A DNA stretch of 20,000 bases. It comes from an uncultured virus (IMG/VR IMGVR_UViG_3300025879_000018). Its lineage: Duplodnaviria; Heunggongvirae; Uroviricota; Caudoviricetes; Crassvirales. The position numbers and the translations under genes are program-made. The notes under the pieces were generated by a model. It saw nothing but the letters and a program-made list of their open reading frames with translations, ran no database searches and was not told where the DNA came from. The stretch is taken from IMG/VR virus record IMGVR_UViG_3300025879_000018. One strand, given 5' to 3'. This document shows positions 1-7,469 of this stretch, piece after piece (position 1 is the first letter of the stretch; each line of letters begins with the position of its first letter).

Positions 1-15
1 CACTCTATATTCAAG

Positions 16-3000
16 ATGTATCAGAACTCTTATGCCGAACTTGAGTTATCGCCTTCTAGAGATTTAGCTAAAGAAGATATAGAGTTTGTTGCTTTCGGCA
101 GACTACTACAAGAGTCTATTGACCGTGTACTTACTGGAGCTATAGACGGAAACTACGCTCAGTTTGCTCAAGATATGCAAAAAGCTTTCTCTGATGTTGT
201 GTCGGAAAAAGGAACTCAGCCTTCAGCTAAAAACAGCAAGAATGAGTTTTATGTAGATATTATGCCATTCGGTGAGGACTTTGTTCCAGCGCTAAAATCT
301 ATGTTTGTTGATAAGAAGATTGAGTTCCAAGAGTCTCTAAAAAGAGGGAAGGATTTAGCAAAAGACATCATAGATAGGTTTGCGGACATACTTGGAAATA
401 GAGCGAATCAAGATGCTGTAAATGAAAAGAAAGCTCTTGATATGATTATTGCTATTGAAGCAGAAAGGTTAAACATTCTTGACTGGATTGCCATTCATAC
501 GCAGGGTGAGTTTGAACACCCTGCAATGCAAATGATTATAAATGGTCAAGGCTTGCCTTCTATACACGAAAACTACGAATATGTAGCTGATGAATTAGGA
601 GGATTCTATGTATCTCTGCATAATGTAATATCAGACCCATCTTCATTAAGAACTATTGAGAAAGCATATTTTAACGAGGGTGTTAAGCTAAGTGAAGACC
701 AAGAAATAGTTCTTGATGTAATAAAGAATTACTCGGCTCAAGTGTCTGATGGTTTCAGAAAAACTCTTTTTGATACAGATAACAAGGTATTCAAGCCAAT
801 GGTTATGAATTTCTTATCTGATGTTTCATCTGGTTTAAATTTCCAAGAAGTAGCTATTGCACTTGGAATTGATTCTGCCATAGTTTCTACGAGTAAAGAA
901 AGTGACGGAGCGATGGAATTAATTAGAGAGGCTTCGTTCAAAGCACTTGGAGGTAGCCGAGAGGGTTTAGCTTCCAATATTTCATTCTTCTTAGAAAATA
1001 ATGTATTCGAAAAAGTAGTTGATGCACTTCCTGCTCTTATAGATATGATTCCTGTAGTGGATTCAGATATAAGTGGAAAAGTAAGAAATATGTCTAACCC
1101 TGTGGAAGCACTGAATGTTGTTACAAAGGAAGCAGGGTGGATTAAAGCGAACGAAGCATTCAGAAAAAGAATACCGTACAAGGAACTAAAGAGTAAGATA
1201 GAAAGTATACATCCTAAAGGTCTTCCAGAAGGACTTGATATACTTATGAATGAATCCACTGTGCTTGAAATATCTGTAAATATGGATTCTAATGGATTAT
1301 TAGAAGTTGCATATGGATTCGAGTATAAAGCGAATGGAGGCATTCAAGAATATGCAGATTATCCAAACAACTGGCGCATAGGCAATATAACTATGCCTTT
1401 AGTATTTGACGCTGTGGCTGAGGTATCTGGAATAACAAATGCTAAAGGAATTACGTTCAGAGCAGTAGAAAATGCCGCAAGTAAAAATATTCCAGAGAAA
1501 CACTACCCTACATCTCAATTAGAAAGTCTCAAGTCAAGAAAACAGCTTAGACATAAACGTAGAGGTCTCAACAATCTTGCTGCTTTCAGTAAAGGTAAAA
1601 TTGTAAACGCAAGAAAAGGTAGAGAGGTTGCTTTTTATTTTGAAGATGGAGACAACGATAACGTAGTTTATATCACGAAAGATGAAAGAATATTAAGTAT
1701 TGCAAGTACACTTTTAGACCTTGAAGGCAGAAGTGGAACTCCAGTAGCTGAACTTCTAGGTAGAAAGATACAAGAAAACAGAGAGGTATTCAAGCTGTTT
1801 AAGGATGGTGAGATTAAAGTTAAAGAGAAATCTTTCTCAAAAGAAGGCGCTTATATGCGAAGCGTTTGGAACGAGGCTGATAAGATTAACTCTATATCTT
1901 ATGTATTTGAAAATGCAGAAACGATAGAGAACACAGGTGTCTTGTCTTCTACATTTGAAAACAGCCAGAAGTATGTTTCTCCTGCCGTGATTAGAGAATC
2001 ACTTGCAGAAGGAGTTACTGGTGAGGAAGCTCTTGATGCTGTTGACAATATGTTTGCCGCTTCCGAGCAGCACATCATTGACGCTTCTAAAAGTAAAAAG
2101 TGGAACTGGAAGTATATCACTTCTAGAAAAGCTTGGGTAGACAGAAACGCAGCTCTTAAAAAGGCTATGGCTAATGGATTCTCTCAGTATATCTCTGCGT
2201 TAAACGTGAATCGTGCTGGAGCTACTTCTTACGCAGATAGAAGATTCCGTAAAGTAAGCAAGGAGATTTACGGAAAGATTACTAATTCAGAAAGAGAGTA
2301 TTTAGACCAATACATCTTTATGAGACGTGTTATTGATATTGATAACACTTGGATTGAACGTAAAGCTGTTTACACTTCTAGACTTGAGTTAGAGATTAGT
2401 CAGATAGAATACTACGAAAGAGAATTAGCCGCTGCTAAAGAAGCTGGAGATAAGGCATTGATAAAAGAAATCGAGGCTGACATTAAAGAATCTAAAGGCA
2501 AGGTTAAATACTTTGAGTCTCAAGTACAGAAATACGCAGAGACTCCTGCTCACCCAACTTATGGTGATGTAGAGATGAACAAGGATGCTGCTCAGAAAGC
2601 TTTAGATAAACTTGCTGCTAAAATTCCATCTGAAACTATGGCTCTTATCGAGGAAAGAGCTGATAAGTATTTTGACACGTACAAGCAGTTACTTCAAGAA
2701 CAGTACGAAGAAGGGTTGATTGACCTAGAAACAAGAGACAGGTTCATTAACAACGATTACTCTCCAAGACAATTCTTGTCTAAGATGTTTGGAAATGTAG
2801 ATGACGTTGTGTTCCAGCAGGCTGGAGGTCTGAATCAACCTCAGATTCAGTCCATAAGAAGTGGTGCAGACACAGGTATCTTTACAGATACTGAGTATAT
2901 GCTTGACTTAAGCTTTAGAGCTTTGGAAAACAAAAAGGCTAAGAACAAGCTATTCAAGGAAATGCACAAAGAGGCTAAAAGAAAAGGCTTTGAAAACATC

Positions 3001-5085
3001 GCTTCTGGACAGTTTATTCGTGAGGGTAACGCTAAAAAAGACAAGAGCGGAAAGATTAAGCTCGATGGATTCGGAAATCAAGTACTGGAAGCTGCTGACA
3101 AGAACTTTGTTAATGTGTATTATAGAGAAGGTGGTAAGCTACGTGGATTCCAGATTCATAAAGACTACCATTCTCAGCTTATAGGTATTAAAACCTATAT
3201 GCTTCCTCCTAGAGTTAGGAATGTGATTAGATGGGTGTCTGGTACGCAGATTGTAAAAGCGACAGCTACAGCACTTAACCCATTCTTTGCTATTACAGGT
3301 ACACTTCGTGGATTCCGAGAGGTGACCAGAGGTCGGGGTATTTATGACAAATACAGATTCCTGCCGTTGATGAACGCTATGGTGTTTGTTGATTTTGTTA
3401 AATCTAGTAAGGATGCTGTATTGAATACAGACTTGGTAGAAGAGTATTACAAGTACGGTGGCGGTATGTCTTTTATGACTACTCAAGGAAAGCCAGACAA
3501 ACTTTATCAAAAGAAAAGAAAGTTTGGTATAGACTTCCTTCAAAGAAGAGGCATAAGCTTAAATCCATTTAATGCATTGGCTTTTGCTGGTGAGAAAGCA
3601 GAGCTTGCACTGCGATTAGCTATCTATCAGAGAACTAAGCAAAATCTGCAAGAATCGATGCCAGATGCTACTCAAGATGAGATTAATTCTATTGCAGCTT
3701 CAGAGGCAAGATTGATTGCAGACTTTGCTCAAGGTGGTGAGCTTTCTTCTGAGCTAGACGTATTTAAGCCATACTTAAACGCTTCTATTCAAGGTACTAG
3801 AGCTTCTTATGATTATATGAGAAAAAATCCTTATAAGTTCTTCGAGAAGCAAACGCAAGCTTATGTATTAAACACAGCTCTAGCTATGTTTGCTAGAATG
3901 ATGTTATGGGATGATGAAGAAGATAAAGACTGGTACGGAAACATATCTCCTTGGATTCTAGAGAGATACAATGTCATACCAACTGGTTTAAAAAACAGCC
4001 TAGGAGAACCTATTACTATTAGAATTCCAAAGGTTCACCAGTTCTTGATGTTTGATTCTTTATCAGAGATTACTGCAAAGAACCTTACATACGTTATGAA
4101 GGATAAGGAAGCTCCGAAAGATGACTTGAATCCAGACGGTGATGCTTGGTTCTTCTTAGAGTCTCTTACAGCTTCATTCCCAGCTGGAGAATTCATTCCT
4201 GTTTCAGACATAAGAAAAGGTAGAAATGTAGTAACGGCTATTGGTCAAAGAATGTTTGGCGCTATCCCTATAGCAGGGGCGTTAACTGCTTATAAAGGAA
4301 ACTATGATTTGTTTAGAGATAAGATAATCTCTTATACTAAAGACGAGGTTATGCCTTATGCTGAAGGATACAAGGACAAGAATGTACACGACATATACAA
4401 GTTCTTTGGTGAAATCACAGCTGGATTAGGAAGAGGTTCTATCTCTCCTTCAAGAGCTGAGGTTGCTGTAGAAAAGATTATTGGTTCAGAGTCAACGCTA
4501 TTAACAGCATTACTGTATCAACTTACAGATAAGTTTATTACTCTTAAGGAAGAGAAACAGGGGATTACGCCAGAAAAAGCTAATAAGGAATTTAAAAACC
4601 TGTTTGGTTTTGGTAAGTCTTTCTTGTACACCATTCCTAAGGATGCTTATAAAGAGAAGTCTGACATAGAAGAGTTAATCAATATGGAGGCTATGACCAC
4701 TCACTACAAGATTAAGAAAGACATTAGACTTGCAGCTGAGAAGTATACTCTTGACGAGCTTAGAGTTATGGGAGAATCGGGTAAACTTCCTAAAGAAGTT
4801 ACCGAATTCATTAATTCTATAGATGAACCTATGCCTGTCAAGAAGTATTATTTAAAGTACTTTAAAAACGTAGCTATGGGCAATGCTGTTGATGACGATT
4901 CTTATTTCCATATCAAGAATGCTAAAACACCAAAAGCAGAGATGGAATTATTCTTTCATTACTTCGGAGACCCATCTGAATTAACTAGAGATGAAAAAGT
5001 AGAGATTCAACAGAATCTACAATTGATAGGATATCAGTTTAGCGAACAGACTAAATCTTACTATCCGAAAATGAAACAAAATTAA
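16..5085 (+). CDS. Giant virion-associated/ejection protein with C-terminal LPD38-like domain (probably 5'-truncated)
   Basis: 1689 aa ORF. The frame is open back to base 1 (CAC TCT ATA TTC AAG ATG), so the real start probably lies upstream of the window. C-terminal motifs DFAQGG...PYLNASIQG and WYGNISPWILERYNVIPTG...IRIPKVHQF resemble the LPD38 region of large polyvalent phage proteins. Lies directly before the lysis genes. Confidence 0.7.
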   Translation: MYQNSYAELELSPSRDLAKEDIEFVAFGRLLQESIDRVLTGAIDGNYAQFAQDMQKAFSDVVSEKGTQPSAKNSKNEFYVDIMPFGEDFVPALKSMFVDKKIEFQESLKRGKDLAKDIIDRFADILGNRANQDAVNEKKALDMIIAIEAERLNILDWIAIHTQGEFEHPAMQMIINGQGLPSIHENYEYVADELGGFYVSLHNVISDPSSLRTIEKAYFNEGVKLSEDQEIVLDVIKNYSAQVSDGFRKTLFDTDNKVFKPMVMNFLSDVSSGLNFQEVAIALGIDSAIVSTSKESDGAMELIREASFKALGGSREGLASNISFFLENNVFEKVVDALPALIDMIPVVDSDISGKVRNMSNPVEALNVVTKEAGWIKANEAFRKRIPYKELKSKIESIHPKGLPEGLDILMNESTVLEISVNMDSNGLLEVAYGFEYKANGGIQEYADYPNNWRIGNITMPLVFDAVAEVSGITNAKGITFRAVENAASKNIPEKHYPTSQLESLKSRKQLRHKRRGLNNLAAFSKGKIVNARKGREVAFYFEDGDNDNVVYITKDERILSIASTLLDLEGRSGTPVAELLGRKIQENREVFKLFKDGEIKVKEKSFSKEGAYMRSVWNEADKINSISYVFENAETIENTGVLSSTFENSQKYVSPAVIRESLAEGVTGEEALDAVDNMFAASEQHIIDASKSKKWNWKYITSRKAWVDRNAALKKAMANGFSQYISALNVNRAGATSYADRRFRKVSKEIYGKITNSEREYLDQYIFMRRVIDIDNTWIERKAVYTSRLELEISQIEYYERELAAAKEAGDKALIKEIEADIKESKGKVKYFESQVQKYAETPAHPTYGDVEMNKDAAQKALDKLAAKIPSETMALIEERADKYFDTYKQLLQEQYEEGLIDLETRDRFINNDYSPRQFLSKMFGNVDDVVFQQAGGLNQPQIQSIRSGADTGIFTDTEYMLDLSFRALENKKAKNKLFKEMHKEAKRKGFENIASGQFIREGNAKKDKSGKIKLDGFGNQVLEAADKNFVNVYYREGGKLRGFQIHKDYHSQLIGIKTYMLPPRVRNVIRWVSGTQIVKATATALNPFFAITGTLRGFREVTRGRGIYDKYRFLPLMNAMVFVDFVKSSKDAVLNTDLVEEYYKYGGGMSFMTTQGKPDKLYQKKRKFGIDFLQRRGISLNPFNALAFAGEKAELALRLAIYQRTKQNLQESMPDATQDEINSIAASEARLIADFAQGGELSSELDVFKPYLNASIQGTRASYDYMRKNPYKFFEKQTQAYVLNTALAMFARMMLWDDEEDKDWYGNISPWILERYNVIPTGLKNSLGEPITIRIPKVHQFLMFDSLSEITAKNLTYVMKDKEAPKDDLNPDGDAWFFLESLTASFPAGEFIPVSDIRKGRNVVTAIGQRMFGAIPIAGALTAYKGNYDLFRDKIISYTKDEVMPYAEGYKDKNVHDIYKFFGEITAGLGRGSISPSRAEVAVEKIIGSESTLLTALLYQLTDKFITLKEEKQGITPEKANKEFKNLFGFGKSFLYTIPKDAYKEKSDIEELINMEAMTTHYKIKKDIRLAAEKYTLDELRVMGESGKLPKEVTEFINSIDEPMPVKKYYLKYFKNVAMGNAVDDDSYFHIKNAKTPKAEMELFFHYFGDPSELTRDEKVEIQQNLQLIGYQFSEQTKSYYPKMKQN

Positions 5086-5103
5086 ATTTAATCATATAAT
5101 ACT

Positions 5104-5349
5104 ATGAAGAAACTTAAAACAATGATTATGGGATTCGGAGAAATCTTTAAGAATGACAACGCATACAATGAGAAAACCGTTATTGGTTTTCTCTCATTTG
5201 CAGTAATGGTATTAGTGATGATTGCTGATGTAGTCAGTGGCGCTATGGGTAAAGACTTAGTGATTAATGAATTTACTTACAATTCTTTTGTAATAGTGAC
5301 TCTTGGTAGTTTTGGTATCGCAGGTCTGGAGAAATTCGCTAAGAAATGA
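5104..5349 (+). CDS. Putative holin (two transmembrane segments)
   Basis: 81 aa with two hydrophobic stretches (VIGFLSFAVMVLVMIADVV; SFVIVTLGSFGIAGL) and a basic C-terminus. ATGA-coupled to the putative endolysin. Confidence 0.6.
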   Translation: MKKLKTMIMGFGEIFKNDNAYNEKTVIGFLSFAVMVLVMIADVVSGAMGKDLVINEFTYNSFVIVTLGSFGIAGLEKFAKK

Positions 5350-5834
5350 CAAGAGGTATGGAGCTAGAGGTATTAAGATTCAGTAGTCAAGAGGACAGCA
5401 CCAATGGACTATTATTTGACGTTACAGGAGGAAAGAGAAGATTTCTGTGTTACACCCTTGAAGATGAATACAGAGAAGAAAAGGTTATGGCAGAGACAAG
5501 AATCCCTGCTGGAACATATCGCATTACTCTTCGTACGACTGGAGGATTTCACGGAAGATATTTAAAGAAGTATGGGGAGATGCACAAAGGAATGTTATGG
5601 GTACGTGATGTGCCTAATTTTGAGTATATCCTTATTCATACTGGTAATACTGATGAACACACTGCTGGGTGTCTCATTGTTGGTGATAGTCAACAAACGA
5701 ATTTTGGCGATAGCGATGGTTTTATTGGCTCGTCTGGTAATGCGTATAAAAGAATTTACCCTGCTATTGCTGAAGCGTTGGAGAAAGAGGAATCGGTAAG
5801 TATAACATATGTAGACTTTGATACGGTAGAATGA
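5346..5834 (+). CDS. DUF5675-family protein, putative endolysin (L,D-transpeptidase-like)
   Basis: Signature CYTLED...IPAGTY...VPNFEYILIHTGNTDEHTAGCLIVG with the conserved His/Cys pair. Sits between the holin-like and spanin-like genes. Confidence 0.8.
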   Translation: MTRGMELEVLRFSSQEDSTNGLLFDVTGGKRRFLCYTLEDEYREEKVMAETRIPAGTYRITLRTTGGFHGRYLKKYGEMHKGMLWVRDVPNFEYILIHTGNTDEHTAGCLIVGDSQQTNFGDSDGFIGSSGNAYKRIYPAIAEALEKEESVSITYVDFDTVE

Positions 5835-6256
5835 AATGGCTGGTAAAATTAACTCTCGTGCTGTCATTAACGAGTTGCAGCGCTCAATGGCACTTGAAGA
5901 AAGCGGTGCAAAAAGACCCATTAATTCTGGTAAAAGACACGTTGATTGTGAACGACACGGTTGTCAGCCCACCTGTGGCTATCACGGATACTGTGATTAT
6001 GAAGCAACACGATACTATTACTCTAGTAAAGGACAGACTGAGCGTGAAAATAGTAAAAGTGAACGACACGATTACTATAGACGCAATATGCGACTCGGAT
6101 ACGATTATTAGAGTTATAGAAGTTCCTTACGATAAAATCGTTTATGTTGAAAAAGAAAAACCACTACAGATTATACAGAGATATGCTTTGTATTTACTTT
6201 TAGTCATTATTGGCATAAAGGTAATTCAACGTATAGCTGATAGGTATATTCTGTAA
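5831..6256 (+). CDS. Lipoprotein with C-terminal TM helix; putative unimolecular spanin
   Basis: Signal peptide II with lipobox LTSC (Cys16), V/I/T-rich beta-type middle, and C-terminal TM YALYLLLVIIGIKVI. Third gene of the lysis cassette. Confidence 0.6.
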   Translation: MKWLVKLTLVLSLTSCSAQWHLKKAVQKDPLILVKDTLIVNDTVVSPPVAITDTVIMKQHDTITLVKDRLSVKIVKVNDTITIDAICDSDTIIRVIEVPYDKIVYVEKEKPLQIIQRYALYLLLVIIGIKVIQRIADRYIL

Positions 6257-6257
6257 T

Positions 6258-6371
6258 ATGGCAAAAAAGAAAAGGGAAAAGAGTACTAACGAGAAACGTC
6301 AGTATTGCGACATAGCACCAAAAGAATGTGATGGTTCTTGTGGTTGTAGAAAAAGAAAAGGGGGCAATTAA
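6258..6371 (+). CDS. Small basic Cys-rich protein (37 aa, not in ORF track)
   Basis: ATG at 6258, one base after the preceding stop. Translates MAKKKREKSTNEKRQYCDIAPKECDGSCGCRKRKGGN*. The stop falls in the terminator loop. Confidence 0.4.
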   Translation: MAKKKREKSTNEKRQYCDIAPKECDGSCGCRKRKGGN

Positions 6372-6379
6372 GCCCCCTT
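6349..6379 (-). terminator. Intrinsic terminator at the convergence of the two arms (possibly bidirectional)
   Basis: Perfect 8-bp stem AAGGGGGC-aattaa-GCCCCCTT (6358-6379). On the minus strand it is followed by a T-rich tract (TTCTTTTTC). Confidence 0.8.
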
Positions 6380-6458
6380 CCCAAACCAATGTAAACCAAG
6401 TGCTAGTCTTTCCTAGCAGTCAAGAAAAATTTGGAATATAACCTAATACACTTCAAAT

Positions 6459-6809
6459 CTAATATCTAAATCCATTAAATCCTATTATATGTAGAAAAGT
6501 TTCTACTAAATGGGCAATTCTTTTTGAGCGCGTGGCTATGACTATCCTGTACCCAGTTGTATTTCTTTTCTCTTTCGTTTTATGGGCGTTTATTCTTCTA
6601 TTAAGATTGTAAGTCATACCTATGTAATTATGCTTAGGCAGATAGTAAACCACATACTTATCTCGTAGTTTTTTATTTGGCCCATGCTTATCATAGTCTT
6701 TCTTACAAGGTTTGCAATATCTAGCAGCTCCCGATTCTCTTCTGTTATCTCTGTGAAAATCAGATAGAGGTTTATCTAATTTGCATTTACTACAAATCTG
6801 ACGCTTCAT
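6459..6809 (-). CDS. GIY-YIG family nuclease with N-terminal CxxC...CxxC zinc-binding domain
   Basis: CSKC...CKPC, then YVVYYL...NYIGMTYNLNRRINAH with a downstream Glu (HLVE), matching the GIY-YIG pattern. Confidence 0.7.
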   Translation of the reverse strand: MKRQICSKCKLDKPLSDFHRDNRRESGAARYCKPCKKDYDKHGPNKKLRDKYVVYYLPKHNYIGMTYNLNRRINAHKTKEKRNTTGYRIVIATRSKRIAHLVETFLHIIGFNGFRY

Positions 6810-7002
6810 CTGCTGCGCTTTGAATTAATTCTAATTCTTGACGAATATTTGTCAAGAACCTTTGTTTAATAGCTTTGATTTCATCTGGAGATGCCTTGGG
6901 TTCTCCTTCGTCAGTATGACAAGCTTCGTAAAGCTCATCTAACAGGTGGTGCGCATTTAAGCACGACAAGTTGTAAAGTTTAGATAATTCTTCTAGTGTC
7001 AT
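6790..7002 (-). CDS. Hypothetical protein
   Basis: 70 aa ORF with ATGA overlap to the upstream gene, in operon orientation. Confidence 0.65.
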   Translation of the reverse strand: MTLEELSKLYNLSCLNAHHLLDELYEACHTDEGEPKASPDEIKAIKQRFLTNIRQELELIQSAADEASDL

Positions 7003-7409
7003 CTTGAGTTTAGGTATTTCATAATTTCATCTACTTGACCTTTGTTCTTTGGAATAAACAAAGCGTGGTCAGACATACCTGCACTCATTAAGTAACCCAT
7101 AAACAGCTTCCACCTAAGCGGAAACGAATCGTTAGCTCTAACGAATCCTTTTGTCTCTATAAAGACTTTTTCTTTCGGTAAGTAAAAATCTGGCTTATAC
7201 TTAATAGGTAAAACTTTTTTACCTGTAGCATTCACTAGCTCCTTGTTTCTTGGAACAGACTTAAAGTAGTCGGAGGGGTATGTAAACCCCTCCACAAGGA
7301 CAAACTCTTGCTCATAGTCAAATTTGTACTTATGTTGCTTAAGAGAATCACCGCAGTACTTCTCCAATCCGCTCCTGTATATACCAAAAGATTTTTTCTT
7401 CTTAGCCAC
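6999..7409 (-). CDS. T7 endonuclease I-like Holliday junction resolvase (PD-(D/E)xK)
   Basis: YRSGLE...FDYE...YKPDFYL...FIETKG matches the endonuclease I pattern. GTG start. Confidence 0.8.
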   Translation of the reverse strand: MAKKKKSFGIYRSGLEKYCGDSLKQHKYKFDYEQEFVLVEGFTYPSDYFKSVPRNKELVNATGKKVLPIKYKPDFYLPKEKVFIETKGFVRANDSFPLRWKLFMGYLMSAGMSDHALFIPKNKGQVDEIMKYLNSR

Positions 7410-7469
7410 ATACCTAATTTAAGGGAAAAATGCAACATTTTTATTAATAATTTTTACATTTACTAACAA

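Noticed and set aside
738..3543. Antisense and alternative-frame ORFs inside the giant gene (738-1343, 1899-2120, 2847-3044, 2990-3184, 3139-3543)
   Set aside because: Fully nested shadows of a long coding strand, with S/F/L-biased composition and no motifs.
5836..6111. Nested +-strand ORF as an Rz1-like o-spanin
   Set aside because: No hydrophobic signal peptide or lipobox. The enclosing gene already has both a lipobox and a TM helix.
7410..7469. Promoter upstream of the endonuclease I-like gene (TAAATTAG); a similar TTAACTTG lies upstream of erf at ~16149-16156
   Set aside because: Only partial matches to TAnnTTTG in AT-rich DNA. Plausible but not supportable as features.
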